Source: a bacterium
GTDB taxonomy: Bacteria > Hydrothermota > 32-111
Direction: 5' to 3'
Assembly (NCBI GenBank): GCA_050239825.1
Contig: JBFXGO010000017.1
Location: forward strand, 1-46,006
DNA length: 46,006 bases
Part shown: positions 1-8,573 of the stretch, piece after piece
Numbering within the stretch: position 1 is the stretch's first letter
Layout of the letters: every line of letters starts with the position of its first letter
Translations under genes and position numbers: made by a program
Notes under the pieces: model-generated
Told to the model about the DNA's origin: nothing
The model's database searches: none
The model's input: the letters and a program-made list of their open reading frames with translations, nothing else

Positions 1-34
1 CAATTAAATAACTTATTGAAAGTGAAAGCTACAA

Positions 35-148
35 GTCGGCGAGGACGCTCCGCGCAGACGCCCATCAAGTGGTTTGGGGACATTCCTACGGTGTGTCCCC
101 ACAACATCCCATCTTGATTAAGCGGCGAAGCGGAGTGTGTGAGCCGAC
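35..148. repeat. GC-rich nested palindrome (REP/REPIN-like element or structured RNA)
   Basis: Nested arms: GTCGGC(35-40)/GCCGAC(143-148); CGCTCCGC/GCGGAGTG; ATCAAG/CTTGAT; TGGGGACA(75-82)/TGTCCCCA(94-101). Together they fold into one long imperfect hairpin in AT-rich intergenic DNA. Confidence 0.6.
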
Positions 149-285
149 GCTACACCCGCCAGCAGCCCCTCAATCAATCTTCAATTATCAATAAACTGAT
201 AGACCCTTCACGATAGTCATAATCATAGAAGCGTTCAGGGTGACACTTTTGAGTAAGATTTTGTCTTGTCAGGTGCGCAAAAAAG

Positions 286-314
286 AAAGAGGGGCGATTC
301 CTCGCCCCTCTTTT
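286..314. terminator. Rho-independent terminator, probably bidirectional, downstream of the 611-aa gene
   Basis: AAAGAGGGGCGA-TTCC-TCGCCCCTCTTT stem-loop with A/T tracts on both sides. Confidence 0.85.
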
Positions 315-355
315 AAAGAAATTTTATCTGCGCCCTGAAGCGCATTGGAGATAAA

Positions 356-2191
356 TTATTTCAAAACAGTAATCTGTTCACTTCCGATAAATGACTTGTC
401 ATCATATATCCTTACAGAATATTTTCCTGCAGGAATATCAAGAACAAGAGTTGCTTTGCTGTTGGATATTGGATTATTCAAAATCATCCTGCCTGCCATG
501 TCAAAAACCTTTACGCTTCCTGTCTTTGAAGATGTTGTAACAAGGTATTTAACTCCGGATACCTTCTTTATTGAGAAAGCGCTTGACGATTGGTTTGTTT
601 TTACAACCTCTACTCCGGAAACCTTCTGCATCCAGATGGAATCAAGCTTCGTTGTTATCTCATATTTTGACGTTCCGAAATCAAATCTGTACTGCATGTA
701 GCTCTGACCTGCTGTGAGTGAAGCTATTGAATCCAATGTCTTTCCGCCTGTTATTCCTGTGAAATTCGTCAAGGAAATATAATTGGGGCATGATGCCCAT
801 GCAACAGCATCGCTCATTAGTGAATCTGAAGCGGTTCTGATTTTAAGTGTGCATGATGAGAAGCGCGGATTGGTCACTCCGATGAAAACTTTGTAAAGCT
901 GGAACCAGTCGGAGACCTTAACTGCATCATACTGGTCAACATTAAAAGCCGATGATTCAAGATAGCCGCTCTTGAAGTATGAATCAACATATACTTTGGC
1001 TCCTGTCGAAGTCGTTGTGGCGCCTATTGCGTATGTGTGTGGTCCCATCTTCGTCATTCCTTCAATTCTGTTGCCCGGTATCTCATCCGCATACTCCATT
1101 GTGAATCCGCCGTCTGTTGATTTATAGAGAATACCCGGGAAGCTTGTCGCCACGTAAATTACCGAATTGTCATCAAATGAATATATGCCGAGAACCTCGG
1201 ATGTGTCCGAGATAGCATTTGTTGTATCAAGCTTCTCCCAGTTAGCACCCATGTCATTTGACCTGTAAAGCTCTCCTGTCCAGCTTCCGGCATAGATAAA
1301 CCCATTTATCTGAGACATGCTTAAAACTGCGAAGGGTGTGCCATCCGCAGTTAGAAGAGAATCATAGAGAGGGTCAACTGTTCCGGTGGGAGCCCAATTG
1401 TCTCCTCCATCCGTAGATATCATTATCGGCTGTCCGGCAATAAGATTGTCTCCGCATGCAAAGATTGTGTCATTGGATATTCTGAGAAGGTCATTGATAA
1501 GAGCGTATCCTATTGTGTCCGCCTCAGTCCATGTTGAGCAGTTGTCAAAAGAGCGGAATACTGCTCCGTCAAAATCCATTGTAGTTACATCATCATCTCC
1601 TGTTGCAAGAAGGAATGTGTCTCCTCCGACATGGAGGATGTCAAATGCCTTTGAAACTCCTACCGGCTGTTCTCCTGTCGTTATCCATGTTTTCTTGTCA
1701 GCGCTTTTGTAGATATATCCCATCGCCAATCCGCCGAAATAGCCGCATGCATAAGTGACTCCGTCAATGTACTCAGCATCAAGCACTGTGCATACGGTCT
1801 GATTTACGGGAAGAGTGTCATAAGTTGTCCAGTTGTTTCCCATATTATAAGTGTATGAAACATTGGCTCTGAAACCTCCATACGCAAATATCGTATCTCC
1901 ATTTGAAATAAAACCGTTTATAACTTGCACTCCGTCGAGCGCCGCCGTTGGAGGATATGAAGTCATCACCGCAAAGTTTGTATCTTCAATATAGTCAAGA
2001 GTCAAAGACCCTGCATCTGTCACCAATCTCTCCGATGTCAGATACATTGTATTGTCTCCCACCAATACCTGTCCATCTCCGCCGGCCCATGATGCCTGTT
2101 TTAATGGGGTGGATACATTGGGTCCGGTATAAGCGAAGAGAGAGACTCCCGCCAATACGATGAACGCCGCGAAAAGCAAATTTTTTTTCAT
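356..2191 (-). CDS. Secreted BNR/Asp-box beta-propeller protein with T9SS type-A-like C-terminal domain
   Basis: Signal peptide MKKNLLFAAF; repeated S-x-D-x-G-x-x-W boxes (STDGGDNW, SNDMGANW, STDGGFTM); C-terminus VKVFDMAGR...AGKYSVRI...ITVLK; SD GGAGG upstream. Confidence 0.8.
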   Translation of the reverse strand: MKKNLLFAAFIVLAGVSLFAYTGPNVSTPLKQASWAGGDGQVLVGDNTMYLTSERLVTDAGSLTLDYIEDTNFAVMTSYPPTAALDGVQVINGFISNGDTIFAYGGFRANVSYTYNMGNNWTTYDTLPVNQTVCTVLDAEYIDGVTYACGYFGGLAMGYIYKSADKKTWITTGEQPVGVSKAFDILHVGGDTFLLATGDDDVTTMDFDGAVFRSFDNCSTWTEADTIGYALINDLLRISNDTIFACGDNLIAGQPIMISTDGGDNWAPTGTVDPLYDSLLTADGTPFAVLSMSQINGFIYAGSWTGELYRSNDMGANWEKLDTTNAISDTSEVLGIYSFDDNSVIYVATSFPGILYKSTDGGFTMEYADEIPGNRIEGMTKMGPHTYAIGATTTSTGAKVYVDSYFKSGYLESSAFNVDQYDAVKVSDWFQLYKVFIGVTNPRFSSCTLKIRTASDSLMSDAVAWASCPNYISLTNFTGITGGKTLDSIASLTAGQSYMQYRFDFGTSKYEITTKLDSIWMQKVSGVEVVKTNQSSSAFSIKKVSGVKYLVTTSSKTGSVKVFDMAGRMILNNPISNSKATLVLDIPAGKYSVRIYDDKSFIGSEQITVLK

Positions 2192-2203
2192 AAAACCTCC
2201 GTA

Positions 2204-4390
2204 CTAAAATTTAACAATCTTCTTTACTTTCTTGTTTTGTTTTTCAAAAAGCACTCCCTGTTTGAAAAACCTCTTGTCAACCAGTCTTCCCGTTAAATCA
2301 AAATAGGCGACCGGCTCATTAGAATGTTGAGAACTTAATATAAATAACACAGTTTCAGTTGTTTTATTCCCAAAGATGTCTTTAACAGTTAAAACATATA
2401 TATTTTTACCTAAATAAGGTTTTTTGTCAATAGCAAAATATTTTTCTTTCAGAATAATCTGCCCTGCATTTTTGTTTTTTTCAATTGATTCTATAGTCAT
2501 GCTTTTGTCCGAAAGGCAAATTCCGACAGATGTGTCTCCAATGGAGAAAGTGCTTACCCTGCATATTGATGAAAGAACCGTCTGGCTCTTCAATGAGTTG
2601 TAAACATTCAGAAACCCGTAAGAAGGAGTATATTCGCCCCTGTTAAGTTCGACCGGAACAACATCGGCTCCGTTCTTTAGTTGAGAGTACAACTTAGAAA
2701 CATCAAGAAATGTATCCGACTGCAGAAGCTGTATCAGCGCGGCACCTGTGAATGCGGCGGCATAGCTCGTTCCCTGAAAAGCGCTTACTGTGTCATTTAA
2801 AACCACTCCCCACAATCCCTTTCCATAGGCAAAAATGTATTTTCCCGGAGAGTAAAGGTCGGGTTTTACAATTCCCTCTCCGGCTCTGCCCGACCAATTA
2901 AGTATGTGAAAGATTGTGTCCGGAGATATCAAACTCTCCGTTGTCTTTCTCCTTGACACATACCCTGCGCTTGAAATTGCCTGAGAGGCGAGAGCTGGAG
3001 ATGCTATTGTCTTTTTCATGTCACCGCAAATTGAGTGAGGATAAACCGATGTTTGAAGGAAATAACCTCCCTGAGCGGCATAACATTCTATTGAAGAAAG
3101 ATTTTCTTTCGCTGAAAACTCTATTCCCAAAAGAGAATAATTCTCTTGATTTAAAACTATGTGAAGCTGAGACAATTCTTCGTTGAAACCGAACCCGATG
3201 TATGAAACCGAATTTTTGCAGTATCCGATTTTCGTTTGTTCTATGTCAATCCAACTGCTCTTCCAGAGACCCTCTTTGTCCTTGAGAAGAAATCTGATAT
3301 AAATGCCTCCCTCAATCATGACATCTATGTCCAGAGAGTAATTCTTAACTGATTGAGCAATCAAAATCTGATTTTCTGTGATTTCATGGAGAGTGTCAGA
3401 GAAATACAAATCCGACTGCGCGTGAAGTAGCATATTTCCCAAATTACCCACAGGAACGGAGAGCCCCCTTTTGATTTTATCACTGCGAAACATTTCATTT
3501 ATCGACTCTTCAAGAAGGCCTCTCCCGTCATGACTTCCCCAAAAATGGTTCATCGGAAGAATAATGGCAAAAGGTTTATTAACAGCAGTCGCTCTGCTTT
3601 CAATGTATTTAAAGCCGTCCAAGACTCCCTTTGTTGTCGGAATGCATGAGACGCCGATAATGGAGGCATCTCCCACAAGCGCATCCAATGAATTTCTTGC
3701 GGCAAGAATGGAGAGAATCGATGTTCCGTGCCCTGTATTGTCCTCAATGTGATATGTCAAGAAAGAAGTTGAGTCAAGCTCCTCTCCATAACAGAATCCA
3801 TCCGGAGACGGAAGCCGCATAAAGTGCTGGTTCCAAACTGTCTTGAAATTGGATTTGCCGTCTTTGTAAAAACAGAACTCATCGGGGGAGAATCCTTCGT
3901 CTATGAACCCGAGTATTACATTCTTTCCGGTGAAACCGTATGAGCTCATTGTTCCGATTCTCGTGTAATATGCTCCGCTGTCTGCTGATTGAAACATAGG
4001 TTTTGACATTTCAATAAATTTTATTTCCGGATTTTCGGCCATCTGGAGTATCTCAGAATACCCGGCATATCCTGTAAAGATTGACTCATTAATCATTGTC
4101 ATTTCAGAGAGGTAGGATGATACTGCTGTTTGACTGCCTTTGACTATAACCGCTGTTTCACCCAGATTATTTTTTTGTATGACATTGTCGAAATGCAGAT
4201 ATCCGTCATCCGATTTCATAGGATTGGAAATGAATTTATCAGCATCCGAGACAAGTTCAAAATCAATCATCTCTCCTAATGAATCAGAAGCGGTGTATGC
4301 AAAAAATAGCGGGTCTATCTTCTCATGACCTGCTTTAAGAGGGGTGAAAGCAAATATAAATAGCACAAGAAAATATATTATATTAGACAC
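2204..4390 (-). CDS. Secreted S8 (subtilisin-like) serine peptidase with short CTD-like tail
   Basis: Catalytic motifs FIDEG (Asp), GHGT (His), GTSYAA (Ser), oxyanion VGN; signal peptide; tail YFDLTGR...KKIVKF. Confidence 0.8.
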   Translation of the reverse strand: MSNIIYFLVLFIFAFTPLKAGHEKIDPLFFAYTASDSLGEMIDFELVSDADKFISNPMKSDDGYLHFDNVIQKNNLGETAVIVKGSQTAVSSYLSEMTMINESIFTGYAGYSEILQMAENPEIKFIEMSKPMFQSADSGAYYTRIGTMSSYGFTGKNVILGFIDEGFSPDEFCFYKDGKSNFKTVWNQHFMRLPSPDGFCYGEELDSTSFLTYHIEDNTGHGTSILSILAARNSLDALVGDASIIGVSCIPTTKGVLDGFKYIESRATAVNKPFAIILPMNHFWGSHDGRGLLEESINEMFRSDKIKRGLSVPVGNLGNMLLHAQSDLYFSDTLHEITENQILIAQSVKNYSLDIDVMIEGGIYIRFLLKDKEGLWKSSWIDIEQTKIGYCKNSVSYIGFGFNEELSQLHIVLNQENYSLLGIEFSAKENLSSIECYAAQGGYFLQTSVYPHSICGDMKKTIASPALASQAISSAGYVSRRKTTESLISPDTIFHILNWSGRAGEGIVKPDLYSPGKYIFAYGKGLWGVVLNDTVSAFQGTSYAAAFTGAALIQLLQSDTFLDVSKLYSQLKNGADVVPVELNRGEYTPSYGFLNVYNSLKSQTVLSSICRVSTFSIGDTSVGICLSDKSMTIESIEKNKNAGQIILKEKYFAIDKKPYLGKNIYVLTVKDIFGNKTTETVLFILSSQHSNEPVAYFDLTGRLVDKRFFKQGVLFEKQNKKVKKIVKF

Positions 4391-4396
4391 ACTCTA

Positions 4397-4425
4397 ATTT
4401 TAAGTTTAAATGGGAAAAAAGTCAA
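4397..4425 (-). promoter_or_regulatory. Sigma70-type promoter of the S8 gene
   Basis: TTGACT-17 nt-TAAAAT, with the -10 ending 6 nt before the GTG start. Confidence 0.55.
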
Positions 4426-4494
4426 GAATAAAAATGAGGCGGCTTCTGCCTCCCTTTACGCTCCCGCAAAAATCAATTATTTTATTATTACAAT

Positions 4495-5499
4495 TTATTT
4501 TCTTCTGTCTCCACGCTCCATCACCAACACCTTCCCCGCTTTTTCAACAGTTGCTTTTGTAAGTTCCATAGTCCTCTCTGCATCTTCGCTTGTGCAGATT
4601 TTATTGTCATACAATTTGTATAAGGTTCTGTAAATCTGAGGAGTGTAATTCGGCATTATCACATTTGCTCCTGCATTTAATGCTTTCTCTCTTCCCTCAG
4701 CGTCAAGCGTAGCCATGGAAGTGGTTGCGGGGATATTTGTGTCATAGGTGACAAGGCGCATTGCTGAGAGAAAATTAAGAACAGTTTTCATGGAGGTTGA
4801 TTTAAAATCTTTAAGGGGTGTGTCGTGATGGGGAATAAAGGGCCCCACTCCGAGCATGTCAAAATCATTCTCTTTGAAGAAGAGTATGTCGCGCGCCATA
4901 TCTTCTGTTGTCTGCCCGGGAAGGCCTATCATGACTCCTGTGCCTGCTTCATAACCAAGCTCTTTTAAAGTCATCAGGGATTTCATTCTATTATCAAAGT
5001 CATCATCAGGGTGCAGTTCTTTAAAGAGTCTTTTATTTGTCGTCTCAATCCTCAAAAGATACCTGTCGGCTCCGGCTCTCTTCCATTCAAGATACTGCTC
5101 CCTTGACTTTTCTCCCATTGAAAGAGTTATGGCAATGTCGCACTTTGATTTGACATATTCAATCACTTCAGTTATCTCATGGTCATACACATCAACTTCT
5201 CCAGACTGAAGCACAATTGTTTTGAAATTATCCTTGTGCGCCTCAATGATGATTCTCTTCAAATCTTCCTTTGAGATGTGATACCTCTTCATTCTGCTGT
5301 TTTCTCTTCTTATCCCGCAATAAGCGCAGTTTTTTACGCAGACATTTGAGAACTCGATTATTCCCCTGACAAATACGGATTTCCCGAATAGCTCTTCAGT
5401 GAGAGTGTTGGCATTTGAGCGCAGAGTCAATGCATCTTCTTTTTCAAGAAGAAGCATTTCACTGATTTCACTTTTTGAATATGCCTTATTTTCCGTCAA
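4495..5499 (-). CDS. hydE: [FeFe]-hydrogenase maturase HydE (radical SAM)
   Basis: RGIIEFSNVCVKNCAYC, GADRYLLRIET, GVGPFIPH, NIPATT, GANVIMPN; operon context. Likely start is TTG at 5499 (SD AGGAG), not 5565. Confidence 0.93.
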   Translation of the reverse strand: MTENKAYSKSEISEMLLLEKEDALTLRSNANTLTEELFGKSVFVRGIIEFSNVCVKNCAYCGIRRENSRMKRYHISKEDLKRIIIEAHKDNFKTIVLQSGEVDVYDHEITEVIEYVKSKCDIAITLSMGEKSREQYLEWKRAGADRYLLRIETTNKRLFKELHPDDDFDNRMKSLMTLKELGYEAGTGVMIGLPGQTTEDMARDILFFKENDFDMLGVGPFIPHHDTPLKDFKSTSMKTVLNFLSAMRLVTYDTNIPATTSMATLDAEGREKALNAGANVIMPNYTPQIYRTLYKLYDNKICTSEDAERTMELTKATVEKAGKVLVMERGDRRK

Positions 5500-6721
5500 T
5501 GAAAATCTCCTGATAAATTTTGTACACATCGTCAAAAACCCGTATCGTGCGCCCCAATGCTCCATGTATGTGGGATATGATTATTCCATAGTTTGTGACA
5601 GGTATATCATAACTCTTCGCTGTCTCTATCCTGCATAGAACCTCTTTTCTGTTTACCATGCAGGAACCGCAGAGAATAACAAGTTTTGCATCACTAAGGT
5701 CTTTGTGTATCATCTGCCCCGGATTCATCACAAATTTCAGTTTTTTCCCTGTGTACTTCTCAATCCACTTCGGAAGTTTCACCCTTCCTATGTCATCAGC
5801 CTGCGAATGGTGAGTGCATGCCTCTGCTATGAATATTGTATCGCCGTCTTTAAGCTCTTTCAGCGATTTAAGCCCCTTGACATACTCTATTAAATCACCC
5901 TTCAACCGCGAGAATACTATCGAGTAGGTTGTTATGTCGATATCCATTGGAACAATTCTCGCCACATCCTCAATTGCCTGAGAATCTGTTATCACGAGCT
6001 TTGGTTGTCTTGAGAGTGATTTTAAGGCAGATTCAAGCTCTGATGTCTGCACAACTACGGATATTGAGTTTGCATCAAGGCAGTCCCTAAGCACCTGCTC
6101 CTGCGGAAGTATGACCCTTCCCTTCGGAGCCGCAGAATCAATGGGTATAACCTGCACGCATATATCATCCTTCCCGACAATGTCCCTGATAATTACATCC
6201 GATGTAATCACCTCAGGAAGCATCTTTGCCATCTTCTCTCTTAGAACAGTTATGTTCTCATCTGTTTTTGATGAGACAGATATGAATGGAATATTTTTGT
6301 CATTGAGATTTTTTACTGTTTCATCATCAGGCCTGCCTACATCGGATTTTGAAAATACAACAAGAATTTTTTCATTTTTTTTCTTCATTGCCTCAATAAA
6401 TTCCATGTCTATTTTTGAAAAATCATCGAAAGCTGAAACCAGTATTATCAAATCAGTGCGACCCAAAACCTCTAATGACTTCTTCACTCTCTTGTCGCCC
6501 AATTCCCCGCTGTCGTCAAGCCCCGCAGTATCAACTATGAATACAGGACCAAGAGGAAGAATCTCCATTGCTCGGCCTACAGGGTCGGTTGTTGTTCCGG
6601 GGGTCTCTGAAACAATTGCCGTGTTCTGCCCTGTCAGAGCATTTATCAAAGATGATTTCCCCGCATTTCTTTTCCCAAATATTCCTATGTGAGGCCTCAT
6701 TGAGACAAGCTCTTTCTTCAT
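5486..6721 (-). CDS. hydF: [FeFe]-hydrogenase maturation GTPase HydF
   Basis: P-loop GKRNAGKSS, GTTTDPV, DTAG, APKGRVILPQ, EACTHH...CGSC Fe-S ligands. Confidence 0.96.
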   Translation of the reverse strand: MKKELVSMRPHIGIFGKRNAGKSSLINALTGQNTAIVSETPGTTTDPVGRAMEILPLGPVFIVDTAGLDDSGELGDKRVKKSLEVLGRTDLIILVSAFDDFSKIDMEFIEAMKKKNEKILVVFSKSDVGRPDDETVKNLNDKNIPFISVSSKTDENITVLREKMAKMLPEVITSDVIIRDIVGKDDICVQVIPIDSAAPKGRVILPQEQVLRDCLDANSISVVVQTSELESALKSLSRQPKLVITDSQAIEDVARIVPMDIDITTYSIVFSRLKGDLIEYVKGLKSLKELKDGDTIFIAEACTHHSQADDIGRVKLPKWIEKYTGKKLKFVMNPGQMIHKDLSDAKLVILCGSCMVNRKEVLCRIETAKSYDIPVTNYGIIISHIHGALGRTIRVFDDVYKIYQEIFIDGK

Positions 6722-6730
6722 AAACTCTCC

Positions 6731-8125
6731 TTAAAAATAAAGGTCTCTCTTTCCCGATTTTGTCTTCTCATATTTTTCCATGAATGACTTTTTCATTGAT
6801 TCATTGTCTATCTTCTTTATCTCTCTCTCAATGAATTCATACCCTGCCTTCTTTGACTTCTTTGAGCCGTAATCTTCAAGGTATTCAAGGAAGGTGAGTA
6901 TCGCATTCGGATGGCAGAATGTGTGAATATGACCCGGTTTTGCCTCCTGCATGAATGCCTGTCCTGTTCTTCCCTTTCTATAGCATGAAGTGCAGAATGA
7001 AGGTATATAACCCTGACTGATGACATCACAAAGGACCTCATCAAGAGGCCTTGTGTCTCCTATTGTGAACTGCTGCATATCCGGTTTGTTGCACTTGGCA
7101 TCATGGTATGCTCCCGGGTATGTGCGTGAACCGGCGCTTATCTGAGAGACTCCGAGGCGGAAAAACTCTCTCCTCAAATCCGCCTGCTCACGCGTTGTAA
7201 GAATAAGACCCGTATAAGGAACTGCAATCCTCAGGACAGAGACAATTCTCCTGAAATCATCATCTGTTATATCAACAGGAGGATGCTCCGACATGTCCGA
7301 GCCGAGAGCCGGCTCTATTCTCGGGAATGAGATTGTGTGGGGACCCACTCCAAAGACCTTTTCAAGATGCTCCGCATGCTGAAGGAGAGCCATAACTTCA
7401 AATCTGTAATCATAGAGACCGAATAAAACACCCATAGCAACATCGTCTATTCCCGCCTCCTGCGCCCTGTCCAATGAATATAATCTGTATAAATAATCCT
7501 TCTTCTTTCCGCCTATGTGCACTTTTTCATAAGTCTTTTTATGATATGTCTCCTGAAAACACTGGTATGTGCCTATGCCGGAGCTTTTAAGTATTTTGAA
7601 ATCATCAACGCTCATGGGAGCGATATTGACATTTATTCTCCTCATCTCTCCGTTTCCGGATTTCACAGAGTAAGCCGCCTCTATTGTCTCTTTAATCCAT
7701 TCTGCTCCGAACTGCGGATGTTCTCCGTAAACCATCAGAACCCTTTTGTGTCCCTCATCTTCAAGTATCTTAATCTCCTCCTTAATCTCTTCATTTGTCA
7801 GAGTGCGCCTGTGAAGGTCTTTGTTGTCAGCCCTGAATCCGCAGTATGCGCATATATTCCCGCACACATTAGTCACATAGAGAGGCGCAAATATCACAAG
7901 CCGGTTTCCGTATATTTCATTTTTGATTTTCCCGGCGAGAGCGTGGATGTTTTCTATCATCTCTTTGTCTTTTGTCTGCATCAAAACAAATGCTTCTTCA
8001 GGCGTGATACCCTTTTTCTCTTCTGCTTTTTTAAGAACCTCCCGCACTTCAGTGTTTGAAGGTATCCTGTTCTCTTTAAGAATTGAATCAAGATAATCCT
8101 GTTTTATGAAATCTTCGTATATCAT
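6731..8125 (-). CDS. hydG: [FeFe]-hydrogenase maturase HydG (radical SAM tyrosine lyase)
   Basis: FAPLYVTNVCGNICAYC, GPHTISFPR, and the C-terminal auxiliary-cluster motif SFCTSCYR...FCHPNA that ThiH lacks. Confidence 0.96.
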   Translation of the reverse strand: MIYEDFIKQDYLDSILKENRIPSNTEVREVLKKAEEKKGITPEEAFVLMQTKDKEMIENIHALAGKIKNEIYGNRLVIFAPLYVTNVCGNICAYCGFRADNKDLHRRTLTNEEIKEEIKILEDEGHKRVLMVYGEHPQFGAEWIKETIEAAYSVKSGNGEMRRINVNIAPMSVDDFKILKSSGIGTYQCFQETYHKKTYEKVHIGGKKKDYLYRLYSLDRAQEAGIDDVAMGVLFGLYDYRFEVMALLQHAEHLEKVFGVGPHTISFPRIEPALGSDMSEHPPVDITDDDFRRIVSVLRIAVPYTGLILTTREQADLRREFFRLGVSQISAGSRTYPGAYHDAKCNKPDMQQFTIGDTRPLDEVLCDVISQGYIPSFCTSCYRKGRTGQAFMQEAKPGHIHTFCHPNAILTFLEYLEDYGSKKSKKAGYEFIEREIKKIDNESMKKSFMEKYEKTKSGKRDLYF

Positions 8126-8379
8126 TTTGTCTCCTTTTTGATGAATGTTGATGAAACTTTCACACCGGCCAATCTTCCCAGTTTGCCTGTCATTGCGCCT
8201 ATATCTTCATTTGTGCCTTCAACAATGAGCGATATTGCGCAGATATTATCACTGAGATTCGGTATGCCCATTCTGCCGCGCACTATGAATCCGTAGTCAG
8301 TCAGTATCTGATTGACTTTAACAGCCGTATCTGCGCGGTTTTCGACAATTATGCCGACCACACCCACTCGCGTATCCAT
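8122..8379 (-). CDS. TM1266-family iron-only hydrogenase system putative regulator (ACT-like)
   Basis: RVGVVGIIVE...VRGRMGIP...IGAMTGKLGRL; overlaps the hydG start (ATGA). Confidence 0.9.
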   Translation of the reverse strand: MDTRVGVVGIIVENRADTAVKVNQILTDYGFIVRGRMGIPNLSDNICAISLIVEGTNEDIGAMTGKLGRLAGVKVSSTFIKKETK

Positions 8380-8505
8380 TCTGCCTCCTTAAAGGAAGCA
8401 AAGCGCCTGAAAAAGAAACTTTTGAGTTTTCTTCGGACTCAGACAACCTTGTCCTTAGTTTGATTTGGAACCCTCGGTTCGGTCATCACACCTCTCCTCA
8501 GGTTT
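8380..8505 (-). promoter_or_regulatory. Structured 5' leader of the hyd maturation operon (candidate cis-regulatory RNA)
   Basis: Multi-stem junction closed by CCUGA/UCAGG, followed by hairpin UUUGCUUCC-UUUAA-GGAGGCAGA that sequesters the SD. Confidence 0.5.
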
Positions 8506-8529
8506 GTTATTTATTTCACAATCAAGTAA

Positions 8530-8557
8530 ATTATAATGCTTAAAATCAAAATGTCAA
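8530..8557 (-). promoter_or_regulatory. Sigma70 promoter of the hyd operon
   Basis: TTGACA-16 nt-TATAAT, both hexamers consensus. Confidence 0.7.
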
Positions 8558-8573
8558 TAGCAGATTAATCAAG

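Noticed and set aside
4495..8125. hydE as bioB and hydG as thiH
   Set aside because: Clustering with hydF and TM1266, plus the HydG C-terminal Cys motif, identify them as hydrogenase maturases.
8380..8505. Calling the hyd leader a canonical glycine, TPP, SAM-I or NiCo riboswitch
   Set aside because: Only scattered glycine-like words match and the diagnostic segments of the other classes are absent; kept as an unassigned candidate.
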